Positions 22,150 through 34,173 of a stretch of DNA of 64,000 nucleotides are shown in pieces (position 1 is the first letter of the stretch; each line of letters begins with the position of its first letter). The notes beneath the pieces were generated by a model that was not told where the DNA came from, ran no database searches, and saw nothing but the letters and a program-made list of their open reading frames with translations. The DNA comes from Syntrophales bacterium. GTDB taxonomy: Bacteria; Desulfobacterota; Syntrophia; Syntrophales; UBA2210. The stretch lies in the NCBI GenBank assembly GCA_963662405.2, contig CAXXKT010000003.1:160001-224000 (forward strand). The letters are read 5' to 3'. The position numbers were made by a program, and so were the translations under genes.

Positions 22150-23010
22150 TTACAACCCCTCGTCCAGGCTTCCCGTCCGGTACCCCGGCAGATCCAGCGT
22201 CGCGTAGGCAAAATCAAAGTCTCCCATCTTTTCCGCGACGGCGTCCAGCATCTCCGTGTCGAAGAATCTCTCACGCTCTTCGGGGGAGACCTCTATTCGC
22301 GCCACGTTCCCGTGGAGCCTTACCCGTACGGTCTTGAATCCCAGGCCCAGCAGGTATACCTCGGCCTGTTCTATCTTCCTCAGGTCCTGTTCCGTTACCT
22401 CCTGGCCGTAGGGGATGCGGGAGAGGAGGCAGGCAGAGGCCGATTTGCCCCAAATGGTAAGACCGATCTCCCGTGAGATGACCCGTATGCCCCTCTTCGT
22501 CACACCGGTCTCCAGGAGGGGGCTTCGTATGCCGAGTTCCTGCAGCGCCTGCATCCCCGGCCGGTACTCCGCCCTGTCATCCGCGTTTGTCCCGTCGGCC
22601 ACATGCCGGAACCCCTCTCTCTCGGCGAATCTCACCATTTCCGCGAAGAGGGCCTTTTTACAGAGGTAACATCGATCGGGGGGATTCTGCCGTATTGCCG
22701 GCGGGATGGTGTCTTCTTGGACGAGGATCTGTCGCACCCCTATCCGCTCCGCCAGTTCCGCCGCTTCCCGGATCTCCCATTGGATGTGATAGGGGGCCGC
22801 CACGGTATAGGCCGCCACCCGGTCGCCGAGGGCGTCCTTCGCCGCCTTGAGCAGGAAGGTGCTGTCCGTCCCGCCCGAGAAGGCGATGACCAGACTGCCC
22901 ATGGATCGGAGGTGATCGATCAGTGTGGTGTATGTGCCTTGTATCTGCAGCGGATTATCCTTTTCACGTGTTTTGCTTCTACTCGGAACCGGCGCGACCG
23001 GTGCGGTCAT
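22150..23010 (-). CDS. larE: ATP-dependent sulfur transferase LarE
   Basis: PP-loop AFSGGTDS, RCYLCKK, DGTNADD..YRPG, ACLLSRIPYG, GYRTGSL; start uncertain. Confidence 0.9.
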   Translation of the reverse strand: MTAPVAPVPSRSKTREKDNPLQIQGTYTTLIDHLRSMGSLVIAFSGGTDSTFLLKAAKDALGDRVAAYTVAAPYHIQWEIREAAELAERIGVRQILVQEDTIPPAIRQNPPDRCYLCKKALFAEMVRFAEREGFRHVADGTNADDRAEYRPGMQALQELGIRSPLLETGVTKRGIRVISREIGLTIWGKSASACLLSRIPYGQEVTEQDLRKIEQAEVYLLGLGFKTVRVRLHGNVARIEVSPEERERFFDTEMLDAVAEKMGDFDFAYATLDLPGYRTGSLDEGL

Positions 23011-24184
23011 ACGCCTCCCGAACCATCTCGTAGATGCGGGTGAGGGGCAGCCCGTGCTCCACCGCCAGCCGGGCGCACTGATCGTATTCCGGCTTGAATT
23101 TCAGAACTGTATCCCGATACATCCCCACCTTGACGTCAACCGGCCCGTACGGGGTCCGCACGCTCACCACCTGCCGGTCGAGCATGGTTCGCTGGACGCG
23201 GTATTCTCGGACCCCGAGGGTGGTTGTCTCTTCAAAGAGGATATCCGCCATCCTGCCCGCATCTTCCTCACCGCAGAGGACGCTCATCCGGACGGCGGGC
23301 CTGCTTTTTTTCATGATGATCGGGGTCAGGGAGGCATCCATCGCGCCGTTTGTGAGGAGCCTGTCTATGAGGTGCTCGTACAGTTCGGGGTTCATGTCGT
23401 CCATGTTGGTCTCGATGACGACCGCAGTTCCTTTGGTCTCACGGCAGTACTCATCATCCGTTTCCCCGAGGAAGACCCTGAGGAGATTGGGGATGTCCGT
23501 GTCCCGCTCGCCGACGCCGTAGGCCGTCTTCAGGATTGTGAAATTCTTTTTGACCGTAAACTCGTCGGTGAAGGTTACCGCGATGGCCGCCCCCGTGGGG
23601 GTCGTGAGTTCACAGGGGGTGCCGTCCGACCTGATGGGGATGTTCTGCAGGATTTCAGCCGTTGCGGGCGCGGGGACCGGCAACCGGCCGTGGGCGCAGT
23701 CGACGAAGCCGCTTCCGACCTCGATCGGCGAACAGAGGACCCTATCCACGTCCAGCCTGTCCCTGCATATGGCTGCCCCGACGATATCCACGATGGAATC
23801 GACGGCCCCTACCTCATGGAAATGTACATCGTCTATGTCTTCCCCGTGTACCTTCGCCTCCGCCTGCGCCACTTCTCCGAATATCTCCATGCTCCACCGT
23901 TTGACCCGGTCGCCCAGATCGCTCCCCTCGATGATCTGCCGTATATCGGAGAGGCTCCTGTGGCCATGACGGTCGTGGGGTTCATCCGGCAGCACATCGA
24001 CCTTCGTCCCGGTGATTCCCTTCCGTTCGGCCCGGCGTATGGCGAGCCGGTAGCCGCCCAGGTCGATTTTCCCCAGTTCCGCCTTGAGATACCCGGCATC
24101 TACCCCCAGATCGATCATTGCACCGAGGTGCATGTCGCCGCTGATCCCCGAAAAACAATCATAATACAGTATCTTTTGTGTCAC
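22979..24184 (-). CDS. larC: Nickel insertion protein LarC
   Basis: DCFSGISGDM, His-rich HDRHGHR, VHFHEVGAVDSIVDI, ELTTPTGAA, ETNMDDMNPE, KPEYD. Confidence 0.93.
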   Translation of the reverse strand: MTQKILYYDCFSGISGDMHLGAMIDLGVDAGYLKAELGKIDLGGYRLAIRRAERKGITGTKVDVLPDEPHDRHGHRSLSDIRQIIEGSDLGDRVKRWSMEIFGEVAQAEAKVHGEDIDDVHFHEVGAVDSIVDIVGAAICRDRLDVDRVLCSPIEVGSGFVDCAHGRLPVPAPATAEILQNIPIRSDGTPCELTTPTGAAIAVTFTDEFTVKKNFTILKTAYGVGERDTDIPNLLRVFLGETDDEYCRETKGTAVVIETNMDDMNPELYEHLIDRLLTNGAMDASLTPIIMKKSRPAVRMSVLCGEEDAGRMADILFEETTTLGVREYRVQRTMLDRQVVSVRTPYGPVDVKVGMYRDTVLKFKPEYDQCARLAVEHGLPLTRIYEMVREAYDRTGRAGSE

Positions 24185-24361
24185 AACGGTTTGCGCCCCT
24201 TTTGATCTATTTGTCTCAGGATCGTGCCGCCTCCCCTGCGGTCGGAAGATCTACAAGCAGGGTAGTTTTGTTTAGCTTTCCGCTAGGTTGTAACGTCAAA
24301 CTCCCGGTGAGTCAAGGCATTTCGGCTGCTCCGGGGGAGGGGGGAGCAACACCGTCGGTTA

Positions 24362-25159
24362 TCAGGATTTCGCGAAACCGGGAAGAAACAGCTCCGGCAG
24401 TGAGCCTGGCGCCCTGAGGATATCCCCATCGTAGATGACCTGTTCCAGGAAGAGCCCTGAGGGGGGTGCGGTGACACGGGCCGGCAGATCGGAGGGATGG
24501 GTGAGCATACCCTCCACATCACCCGGGGTTAGGGTCCCCCGTCCCACCTCCACGAGGACCCCCACGATACGCCGGACCATCTTCCAGAGGAAGTGCGAAC
24601 CGGCGATCCGGAAGACGATCAGATCGCCCGCCTCGATCAGTTCCACCCGGTCTATCAGGACCTTGGTCGAGGTCTCCTTTCCACTCCTCTTATCGGCGAA
24701 GGAGAAGAAGTCGTGAAAACCCACGAAGAGTTGCCCCGCCTCCGCCATCGCCAAAAGATCAAGGCGGTCTTTGATCCACCAGACGTATCGTTTGCCGAGG
24801 GCCGTCCGGCGCCGTGAGATCAGATAAATGTAGCTCCGGGTCTTCGCGTGATGGCGGGCGTGAAACCGGGGGGCGGCCTTTTCGACTTTGGTTATGTTGA
24901 TACCGGTGGGGAGGAGGCCGTTGAGTCCTCCCATGAGGTTGCGGGGTTCTATCTGTTTCCCCGTCTCCAGGTGCGCGACCTGGGCCAGGGCGTGGACCCC
25001 GGCGTCCGTTCTCCCCGCCCCCTGGATATCCACCGTGGCACCGGTCAGCCGGGTCGCAGCCTGCAGGAGGGTTTCCTGGATGCTTCGTGCGTTCTTCTGG
25101 GCCTGCCACCCGTGATATCCGGTTCCGTCGTATTCAAGGGTGATCTTGTATCGGTGCAT
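24362..25159 (-). CDS. truA: tRNA pseudouridine(38-40) synthase
   Basis: EYDGTGYHGWQ, GAGRTDAGVHALAQVAH, FLWKMVRRIVG; AAGGAG SD before ATG 25159. Confidence 0.93.
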   Translation of the reverse strand: MHRYKITLEYDGTGYHGWQAQKNARSIQETLLQAATRLTGATVDIQGAGRTDAGVHALAQVAHLETGKQIEPRNLMGGLNGLLPTGINITKVEKAAPRFHARHHAKTRSYIYLISRRRTALGKRYVWWIKDRLDLLAMAEAGQLFVGFHDFFSFADKRSGKETSTKVLIDRVELIEAGDLIVFRIAGSHFLWKMVRRIVGVLVEVGRGTLTPGDVEGMLTHPSDLPARVTAPPSGLFLEQVIYDGDILRAPGSLPELFLPGFAKS

Positions 25160-25298
25160 GGAATCTCCTTGCTCTGGGTGCGTCAGTATCGTTCGATCGG
25201 CGGACAAATAGCAACCATTTTTAACGTAGTCCAATTTTTTGTTGACAACGGTGTCGATCCGTATTATCAACACATCTCGTTTTTTTGAGAGGATACCG

Positions 25299-25385
25299 AT
25301 GCTGTCGAGAAACCTTATTACCACCATCATAATTAGCGGGCTCCTTATTGGGAGGACGCATATGTGTGACTTGATGATGGAGTAG
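25299..25385 (+). CDS. Attenuator leader peptide of the cimA-leu operon (MLSRNLITTIIISGLLIGRTHMCDLMME)
   Basis: GAGAGG SD, 28 codons with clustered LITTIII and LLI, immediately followed by a terminator. Confidence 0.8.
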   Translation: MLSRNLITTIIISGLLIGRTHMCDLMME

Positions 25386-25409
25386 GTTTCCCGCAAAAGA
25401 AAGAAATTG

Positions 25410-25446
25410 AAAATCCGTTATCAGGTCCGCTGATAACGGATTTTTT
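25410..25446 (+). terminator. Attenuator terminator upstream of cimA
   Basis: AAAATCCGTTATCAG-GTCCG-CTGATAACGGATTTTTT. Confidence 0.88.
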
Positions 25447-25467
25447 GTTTTCGGGGAGGTGGATTCC

Positions 25468-27069
25468 ATGACACGAGCGGATATATTGATCTACGACACG
25501 ACACTACGGGATGGGACACAGGGACACCGGATAAGCTTTTCGGCGGAGGATAAGCTGCGGATTGCCGTTCGGCTGGATGACATCGGCTTTCACTATATCG
25601 AGGGGGGGTGGCCGGGATCAAACCCCCGCGACATGCGGTTTTTCAAGATGGCACGGAACGTGTCCTTCAAAAACGCTCGCCTGACGGCCTTCGGCAGCAC
25701 AAGACGATCCGATTTGTCGGTCGAGGCCTGTCCGAATATTCAGGCCCTCATCGCGGCGGATACCCCGGCGGTGGCCATTTTCGGGAAGAGCTGGGACCTC
25801 CATGCCACGGAGATCCTGGGGGTCTCACTGGACGAGAATCTTTGCCTGATCGACGATTCCGTCCGCTACCTGAAAGCGGAGGGAAAAGAGGTCATCTACG
25901 ATGCGGAGCATTTCTTCGACGGATATAAACACAACCCCGCTTATGCCCTCAGGACCGTGCAGACCGCGGTGGAGGCGGGGGCCGATACGATCGTCCTCTG
26001 CGATACCAACGGGGGGACGCTCACCTGGGAAGTAACGGAGATCTTTAAGGAGACGGCGGCGGCGATAGCCCCGGCCTGCATGGGGATTCATGCCCATGAT
26101 GATTGTGGCCTGGCTGTCGCCAACTCACTTGCCGCCGTCGTTTCGGGAGGTGTTATGATCCAGGGGACGGTGAACGGGTACGGTGAGCGGTGCGGGAATG
26201 CCGACCTCCTCTCCCTCATCGGCAATCTGGAACTCAAGATGGCCCGGCGGTGTCTCCCCGAAGGGGCACTTCGGCATCTGACGGGCCTCTCGCGGTATGT
26301 GAGTGATGTGGCCAATACCCCGCCCGCTCATTCAAAACCCTATGTGGGGAGCAACGCCTTCGCCCACAAGGGGGGGGTGCATGTGAGTGCCATCCAGAAA
26401 AACCCGGTGGCATACGAACACACCGATCCTGAGTTCGTCGGGAATCGGCGCGGGGTGATCGTCTCGGACCTCTCGGGGAGGAGCAATATTGAGCACAAGG
26501 CACAGGAACTGGGGATCGATCTTGGAACCGGAACCGATGTGAGTAAGAGAATTGTCCGCGACATCAAGAAGATGGAGGATGAGGGATATCAGTTCGATAC
26601 GGCCAACGGTTCTCTTTCTCTCCTGATGCGGAAGGCGATCGGTACCTTTGACGAGCCGTTTTTCCTTGAGTCGTTTCGCGTGATTGATGAAAAGACAAAA
26701 CGGAACGTGTCCCATTCCCAGGCCACGATCAAGATCTCGGTAGGCGATGAACACGAGATCACGGCGGCAGAGGGGAAGGGACCCGTCAATGCGCTGGATA
26801 ACGCCCTGAGGAAGGCGCTCAAAAAGTTCTACCCACGGATCAGCGAGATGCACCTGGTGGACTTTAAGGTGAGGATCCTGGAGGAGACCGACGGGACGGC
26901 GGCAAAGGTCCGCGTCCTTCTGGAGTCGCGCGATGACACCGATGTGTGGACCACGACCGGCGTATCGGAAAATATCATCGAGGCAAGCTGGTACGCGCTG
27001 GTCGATAGCATGCAGTATAAACTCAGCAAGGATAACGGCTCTCATCATGCCGTCCAAGGAGGGGAATAG
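25468..27069 (+). CDS. cimA: (R)-citramalate synthase
   Basis: YDTTLRDGTQG, YIEGGWPGSNP, GKSWDLH, YDAEHFFDG, FAHKGGVHVSA, VSDLSGRSN. Confidence 0.92.
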   Translation: MTRADILIYDTTLRDGTQGHRISFSAEDKLRIAVRLDDIGFHYIEGGWPGSNPRDMRFFKMARNVSFKNARLTAFGSTRRSDLSVEACPNIQALIAADTPAVAIFGKSWDLHATEILGVSLDENLCLIDDSVRYLKAEGKEVIYDAEHFFDGYKHNPAYALRTVQTAVEAGADTIVLCDTNGGTLTWEVTEIFKETAAAIAPACMGIHAHDDCGLAVANSLAAVVSGGVMIQGTVNGYGERCGNADLLSLIGNLELKMARRCLPEGALRHLTGLSRYVSDVANTPPAHSKPYVGSNAFAHKGGVHVSAIQKNPVAYEHTDPEFVGNRRGVIVSDLSGRSNIEHKAQELGIDLGTGTDVSKRIVRDIKKMEDEGYQFDTANGSLSLLMRKAIGTFDEPFFLESFRVIDEKTKRNVSHSQATIKISVGDEHEITAAEGKGPVNALDNALRKALKKFYPRISEMHLVDFKVRILEETDGTAAKVRVLLESRDDTDVWTTTGVSENIIEASWYALVDSMQYKLSKDNGSHHAVQGGE

Positions 27070-28626
27070 ATGAAAGAAGACAAAGGGAGGGTATTCATAT
27101 TCGACACCACGCTGCGCGACGGGGAACAGGCCCCGGGTTTCAGTATGAACCCCGGCGAAAAGATCCGGTTCGCCAAGCAATTGGAACGGCTCGGTGTCGA
27201 TATCATAGAGGCGGGGTTTCCCATCGCGTCCGATGGGGATTTCGAATCGGTTCGGCAGATCGCCGGGGTGATCAAAAAATCCCAAGTTGCCGGCCTGTGC
27301 CGTACCAGTCTGGGGGATATCGACCGGGCGTGGGATGCGATCAAAGAAGCCCCCCTGCCACGGATACATACCTTTATCTCGACCTCCGACATCCATCTCG
27401 ATCACATGCTGCGGATGACGCGGGCGCAGGTCCTTGTGGAAGCGCGCGCGGCGGTGAAACACGCCCGCAGCCTCACCGAGAATGTGGAATTCTCCGCCCA
27501 GGATGCCACGCGGACCGACCGGGCCTATCTGGCGGAGATCGTGGAGGCCGTTATCGACGCGGGGGCGACCACTGTCAATGTCCCCGACACCGTGGGGTAT
27601 GCCATGCCGGACGAGTACGGTGAAATGATCGCGTATCTCTTCGATACGGTCAGGAACATAGACGGGGCGATCCTCTCGGTTCACACCCACGATGACCTCG
27701 GTGTTGCCGTCGCCACCTCCCTCGCCGGTCTGAAGGCGGGTGCCCGGCAGGTGGAGTGCGCGGTGAACGGAATCGGAGAACGGGCGGGGAACGCCTCCCT
27801 TGAGGAGGTCGTGATGGCCCTCGAAACGCGCAAGGATATCATGAAACTCCATACGCGGATCAAGACCAAGCACATCTATCCCACGTCGCGACTCCTGGCC
27901 GAGATCACGGGTGTGGAGGTCCAGCCGAACAAGGCGATCGTCGGGGTGAATGCCTTTGCCCATGAATCCGGGATCCATCAGGACGGCCTGATCAAGGAGA
28001 AGATTACCTACGAGATCATGACACCGGCGACGGTGGGGGTGTCGGACACGAATATCGTTCTGGGTAAGCACTCGGGACGGGCCGCTATCAGGGATCGTCT
28101 CAAGAAGATGGGATTCGATCTTGCCAAGGAAGAGGTCGATACGGTATTCAAACGGTTCAAGGAGCTGGCGGACATCAAGAAAGAGATGTTCGACGAGGAC
28201 CTGGAGGCGATCATTGCCGAGGATGTCTTCCGGCGTCCCGAAAAATACAAACTCCTGTACCTCAGCGTGGTAAGCGGGAACGTGGCCATTCCCACCGCGA
28301 CCGTCCAGATGGAAATCGACGGCGAGGTCGTGCGGGAGGCCTATTTCGGGGTAGGACCGGTTGACGCCACCTTCGCCACTATCAGGAAAATGACGGGAAC
28401 AAACCACCGGCTGGTCAAGTACCAGGTACATGCCGTGACGGAGGGGACCGATGCCCAGGGGGTGGTGACCGTTCAACTCCGCCACAGGAAACGGATCATC
28501 TCGGGGCGCGGGTCCGACCCCGATGTGTTGGTCGCCTCGGCGAAGGCGTATATCAACGCCCTCAACAGGGTCCAGTCGTTTCAGATGCTCAACAACGCCT
28601 CGTCGGATACTGTCCGCCCGGTGTAA
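27070..28626 (+). CDS. leuA: 2-isopropylmalate synthase
   Basis: [48 protein letters not shown]-terminal regulatory domain. Confidence 0.94.
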   Translation: MKEDKGRVFIFDTTLRDGEQAPGFSMNPGEKIRFAKQLERLGVDIIEAGFPIASDGDFESVRQIAGVIKKSQVAGLCRTSLGDIDRAWDAIKEAPLPRIHTFISTSDIHLDHMLRMTRAQVLVEARAAVKHARSLTENVEFSAQDATRTDRAYLAEIVEAVIDAGATTVNVPDTVGYAMPDEYGEMIAYLFDTVRNIDGAILSVHTHDDLGVAVATSLAGLKAGARQVECAVNGIGERAGNASLEEVVMALETRKDIMKLHTRIKTKHIYPTSRLLAEITGVEVQPNKAIVGVNAFAHESGIHQDGLIKEKITYEIMTPATVGVSDTNIVLGKHSGRAAIRDRLKKMGFDLAKEEVDTVFKRFKELADIKKEMFDEDLEAIIAEDVFRRPEKYKLLYLSVVSGNVAIPTATVQMEIDGEVVREAYFGVGPVDATFATIRKMTGTNHRLVKYQVHAVTEGTDAQGVVTVQLRHRKRIISGRGSDPDVLVASAKAYINALNRVQSFQMLNNASSDTVRPV

Positions 28627-28659
28627 ACTCATGCAGATAACAGACAGGAGATACAGACA

Positions 28660-29919
28660 ATGCCGATGACCATTACGGAGAAGATCCTGGCCGCTCATGC
28701 CGGGAAGGACCGGGTTTTGCCCGGAGACCTGATCGAGGTACGGGTTGATGTGGCCCTTGCGAACGATATCACGGCTCCCCTCGCCATCAAGGTGTTCGAT
28801 GAGATCGGGGTGGAGGCGGTGTTCGACGCCGACAAGGTGGTCCTGGTAGCCGACCACTTTGTTCCTAATAAGGATATCGCCTCGGCGCAGCAGGTCAAGC
28901 TGGTGCGTGAATTTGCCACGAGGCAGAAACTCGCACATTACTACGAGGGAGGCGATTCGGGGGTGGAACATGTGATCCTCCCCGAGAAAGGGATCGTGCT
29001 TCCCGGACAGGTTGCCATCGGTGCCGACAGCCACACCTGTACGTACGGTGCCCTGGGGGCCTTTTCCACGGGGGTGGGGAGCACCGACCTCGGGGCGGTG
29101 ATGGCCACCGGCGAGATTTGGCTCAAGGTCCCCCCGACCATCCTTTTGAACTATGTCGGGGAACTGCGTCCCCACGTGGGGGGCAAGGACCTGATCCTCC
29201 ACACGATCGGTCTTCTCGGGGTGGAAGGCGCCCTGTACTGCGCCATGGAGTATGCCGGTCCCGTCATCAGATCGCTCCCCATGCACCAGCGGTTCACCAT
29301 GTCGAACATGGCGATCGAGGCCGGGGGGAAAAACGGGATAATCGAACCGGACGAGACGACCCTTGCCTACCTGGCGGAGCGAACCTCCGAGCGATTCGAA
29401 CTCTTCACCAGTGATCCCGATGCCGCCTATGACCGGGTGATCGATATCGACGTGAGCGGGATCGAGCCGCAGGTCGCCTTCCCGCATCTCCCCTCGAACG
29501 TGCGTCCCGTTTCCCGGGCGGGGGATGTCCCGATCGATCAGGTGGTGATCGGGTCCTGCACGAACGGGTGGCTGGACGACCTGCGCGATGCGGCGCGGGT
29601 CCTGAAGGGGCGAAGGGCCGCGAAAGGGGTGCGGCTCATTATCATGCCCGGTTCTCCATTGATCTATACCATGGCTCTCAAGGAGGGGCTCCTGGAGACC
29701 TTTCTTGCGGCGGGGGGTGTGATCGGTCCTCCCTGCTGCGGGCCCTGCCTGGGAGGACACATGGGGATCCTCGCGTCAGGAGAGCGAGCCGTGGCCACTA
29801 CGAACCGTAACTTTATCGGACGGATGGGACATCCCGAGAGTGAGGTCTACCTCGCCAATCCCACTGTTGCCGCTGTGTCCGCGGTCCTGGGGAGGATCGG
29901 TGGACCCGATGACCTGTAG
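28660..29919 (+). CDS. leuC: 3-isopropylmalate dehydratase large subunit (short type-2/HacA-like)
   Basis: GADSHTCTYGALG, IGSCTNG, CGPCLGGHMG, TTNRNFIGRMG. Confidence 0.93.
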   Translation: MPMTITEKILAAHAGKDRVLPGDLIEVRVDVALANDITAPLAIKVFDEIGVEAVFDADKVVLVADHFVPNKDIASAQQVKLVREFATRQKLAHYYEGGDSGVEHVILPEKGIVLPGQVAIGADSHTCTYGALGAFSTGVGSTDLGAVMATGEIWLKVPPTILLNYVGELRPHVGGKDLILHTIGLLGVEGALYCAMEYAGPVIRSLPMHQRFTMSNMAIEAGGKNGIIEPDETTLAYLAERTSERFELFTSDPDAAYDRVIDIDVSGIEPQVAFPHLPSNVRPVSRAGDVPIDQVVIGSCTNGWLDDLRDAARVLKGRRAAKGVRLIIMPGSPLIYTMALKEGLLETFLAAGGVIGPPCCGPCLGGHMGILASGERAVATTNRNFIGRMGHPESEVYLANPTVAAVSAVLGRIGGPDDL

Positions 29920-29938
29920 AGGGGAGGATTTATCAGAA

Positions 29939-30439
29939 ATGGAGAAGATGAACATAGAAGGACGAGTATGGACATTCGGTGATGACATCGACACGGATGT
30001 CATTATCCCCGCACGGTACCTGAATGTCTCGGCGGAGGACGAGCTGGCGAAGAACTGTTTTGCGGATATCAGGCCGGAATTCGCGACGGAGGCCGCGGAA
30101 GGTGATATCATCGTCGCCGGGAAGAACTTCGGATGCGGATCGTCGCGCGAACACGCCCCCCTGGCGATCAAGGCCGCGGGAGTCCGAGTGGTGATTGCCG
30201 AAAGCTTTGCCCGGATCTTTTACCGGAATGCCTTCAATATCGGTCTCCCCCTCCTCGAATCGGCGGAGGCGTCGAAGGGGCTCTCCGATGGTGAGCGGGC
30301 CGTTGTCGATCTCGCTACCGGAACAATCAGGGGAGAGGGCGGCATCTTTCAATCCAAGCCGATCCCCGCGTTTATGGCGCAGTTGATCGCTGCCGGGGGA
30401 TTGGTGGAGTATGTCAGGAAGGTAAAAATCGGGAGATAA
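29939..30439 (+). CDS. leuD: 3-isopropylmalate dehydratase small subunit
   Basis: GDDIDTDVIIPARYL, NFGCGSSREHAP, SFARIFYRNAFNIG; start 29939 or 29948. Confidence 0.93.
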   Translation: MEKMNIEGRVWTFGDDIDTDVIIPARYLNVSAEDELAKNCFADIRPEFATEAAEGDIIVAGKNFGCGSSREHAPLAIKAAGVRVVIAESFARIFYRNAFNIGLPLLESAEASKGLSDGERAVVDLATGTIRGEGGIFQSKPIPAFMAQLIAAGGLVEYVRKVKIGR

Positions 30440-30498
30440 GGGGGAAAACAGGAGGAGGGCGAAGCAGTCTCGCCCTCCCCACGCACCCCCCCCCCTGC

Positions 30499-30533
30499 AC
30501 GCCGGGTCCGGTGCGAGGACCCGGCGTTTTTTT
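30499..30533 (+). terminator. Intrinsic terminator of the cimA-leu operon
   Basis: ACGCCGGGTCC...GGACCCGGCGT plus T-run. Confidence 0.75.
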
Positions 30534-30536
30534 GTT

Positions 30537-31622
<1,086 letters not shown>

Positions 31623-31807
31623 TCACCTATCCCTTTCCTTGTGAATTATTATTCCCCCGATGCTCCCTCTCATGAAACGTACATCTATTCACAAGAGCCG
31701 AATTATTGCAATAGCTTTTGCGCCATGCATGGTATTTTCTGTTGACTTAGAGGGGGCGAAATGATAGTGACGTTCCCTCTTTAAAGGATTTCAAGGAAAG
31801 TCGCGCT

Positions 31808-33085
31808 ATGCTGGATATACGATTCGTACGTGAGAATATCGATCTTGTCAGGATGAAGCTTGAGGAGCGGGGTGACGCCGTTGATCTGGATCGATTCGTT
31901 GCAATGGATAAAACCCGGCGGGATATCCTCCAGGAGGTGGAGTCACTCAGGAGTGAGAGGAACACCGTCTCAAAAGAGATCGGGGTGCGGAAGAAGAACG
32001 GCCAGGATGCCTCCGATATTATTGCACGAATGGGAACGGTCTCTTTACGAATCAAGGAGCTGGACGAATCCCTCAAGGAGACCGAGACTGAACTGGGTGC
32101 CCTGACGATGACGATCCCGAACATCCCGCACGAGTCGGTTGTCTGCGGGACGGGTGAAGAAGACAATCCCGTGATGAGGCAGTGGGGAGAGACGCCGCAC
32201 TTCGCTTTTGAGCCGAAACCCCACTGGGATATCGGCGAGGACCTCAATATCCTGGACTTCGCCGCCGGGGCCAAGATTACCGGCGCGCGTTTTACACTGT
32301 ACCGGGGGGCGGGCGCCCTCCTGGAACGGGCCCTGACCAACTTCATGCTTGATCTCCACACGACGAAGCACGGGTACACCGAGGTCTTCACCCCCTTCAT
32401 GGTGAACAGCGACAGCATGACGGGGACGGGGCAGCTTCCCAAGTTCGAAGAAGACCTCTTCAAGGTGCGGGGAACGGACTACTTCCTCATCCCCACGGCG
32501 GAGGTCCCCGTTACCAATATCCACCGGGACGATATCCTGGAGGAGAAGGATCTCCCCCTTTTCTATGTCGCCTATTCGGCCTGTTTCCGCGCGGAGGCGG
32601 GTTCGTACGGGAAAGACACGCGGGGGTTGATCAGGCAGCACCAGTTCAACAAGGTGGAGATGGTGAAATTTGCCCGGCCGGAGGAGTCCTACGAAGAGTT
32701 GGAAAAGCTGACCGACAATGCGGAAGAGATATTGCGGAAACTCGGGATCCCCTTCCGGACCGTCTGCCTGTGCACGGGAGATCTGGGGTTTTCGTCCGCC
32801 AAGACGTACGACGTCGAGGCGTGGATGCCCGGTCAGGATGCATACCGGGAGATTTCTTCCTGCAGTAATTTCGAGTCGTTCCAGGCACGGAGGGCGGGGA
32901 TCCGATTCCGCCGTGGAGAGAGCGGAAAGGTCGAATACGTTCACACCCTTAACGGCTCGGGGCTCGCCGTGGGGCGGACCGTGGTCGCGGTCCTGGAGAA
33001 CTACCAGCAGGAGGACGGGAGCGTTATCGTCCCCGAAGCGCTCAAACCCTACATGAATGGGGTTGACAGGATCGTACGAAAATAA
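31808..33085 (+). CDS. serS: Serine--tRNA ligase
   Basis: [49 protein letters not shown]. Confidence 0.97.
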   Translation: MLDIRFVRENIDLVRMKLEERGDAVDLDRFVAMDKTRRDILQEVESLRSERNTVSKEIGVRKKNGQDASDIIARMGTVSLRIKELDESLKETETELGALTMTIPNIPHESVVCGTGEEDNPVMRQWGETPHFAFEPKPHWDIGEDLNILDFAAGAKITGARFTLYRGAGALLERALTNFMLDLHTTKHGYTEVFTPFMVNSDSMTGTGQLPKFEEDLFKVRGTDYFLIPTAEVPVTNIHRDDILEEKDLPLFYVAYSACFRAEAGSYGKDTRGLIRQHQFNKVEMVKFARPEESYEELEKLTDNAEEILRKLGIPFRTVCLCTGDLGFSSAKTYDVEAWMPGQDAYREISSCSNFESFQARRAGIRFRRGESGKVEYVHTLNGSGLAVGRTVVAVLENYQQEDGSVIVPEALKPYMNGVDRIVRK

Positions 33086-33111
33086 GTACAGTACCGTTGT
33101 TGTACGGAACC

Positions 33112-33197
33112 GGAGGGATGGCCGAGTGGTCGAAGGCGGCGGTCTTGAAAACCGTTAACCGAAAGGTTCGCGGGTTCGAATCCTGCTCCCTCCGCCA
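33112..33197 (+). tRNA. tRNA-Ser(TGA)
   Basis: GGAGGGATGGCCGAGTGG...GGTCTTGAAAACC, long variable arm, GTTCGAATCC, ends GCCA. Confidence 0.95.
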
Positions 33198-33264
33198 TAT
33201 ACTGTGACCATCGCGCCACAGGTTGGTTCTTAAACAGTAGTATCTGATATGGCGGCACAAAAGC

Positions 33265-33358
<94 letters not shown>

Positions 33359-33370
33359 TTCAAATCATGT

Positions 33371-33447
33371 GCGCCCATGGCTCAGCTGGATAGAGCGTCG
33401 GACTACGAATCCGAAGGTCCTAGGTTCGAATCCTAGTGGGCGTACCA
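33371..33447 (+). tRNA. tRNA-Arg(ACG); integration site of the island
   Basis: GCGCCCATGGCTCAGCTGGATAGAGCG-TCGGA-CTACGAA-TCCGA...GTTCGAATCC...ACCA. Confidence 0.95.
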
Positions 33448-33461
33448 GTAAAACCGAGGGG

Positions 33462-33753
33462 TTAGCCGCTTTGGCTAGCCCCTTTTTTTGCCCCAAAATC
33501 GGCAGCTGTAACTGTTTTGTAACTGTCCTGCTCGTTGAGATACATTTCCTGCTTGCTAGCAGCCAATTTCAGGTCATCGGCACTCACGATGTTGTATCTC
33601 TCGAATACCGATCTCGATTTGTGTCCTGAAATCATCATCGCAACGCGCTCCGGGATACCCGCTCTGACCATATTCCTGACTGCTGTCCTTCGCAAATCGT
33701 GAAACAACCGATCGCCTGTTTTTGCTTTCTTGCAAGCAGTACCCCAAGATTTT
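33462..33753 (-). pseudogene. Tyrosine recombinase/integrase, C-terminal fragment only
   Basis: [53 protein letters not shown] (HxxR, H, Y catalytic motifs); N-terminal part absent. Confidence 0.88.
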
Positions 33754-34173
33754 GATAAAATTATGATTGAAGCAATTGTAGAAGATTGCTTTCAGAAATC
33801 TTTAGCGGTTTAATCACAGATCCGGTGAATTTTCAGGTTGGGTGGATCCACAAAGCCAATTGATGAACTCCGGCGTTATTCTATAGACCGGTAAGTTTTT
33901 GGGGTGACTCCATCAATGTCTAGCTGCACCTTAATGAAGTAGTCACTTTTTGTACGTCGCGGTATCATACGTCCGGGCCATCTCTCTGTCTCCTTTCCCA
34001 AGTGTTTTCCAAACACTTTTTTAGATGATATCGATGGCCTCTGACAATACCTCAAATTGCAACTTGCTTTTACAATATCACCACCTGTAGACGCTTGACA
34101 AAAATTAATAGTGTGTTATTGCTAAACACAATATGTTATCAGTGACTGAGAGGAACGATTGGGAGCACAAGTC

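Noticed and set aside
26332..29760. 1142-aa minus-strand ORF
   Set aside because: Antisense to clearly identified cimA, leuA and leuC; codon-bias artefact
30486..30495. Poly-C tract as a phase-variation site
   Set aside because: Lies between convergent stop codons, so a length change should have no coding or promoter effect
33900..33960. Possible isolated IS end (CTGCACCTTAATGAAGTAGTCACTTTT) near the integrase truncation
   Set aside because: No partner inverted repeat or transposase found; too weak to call
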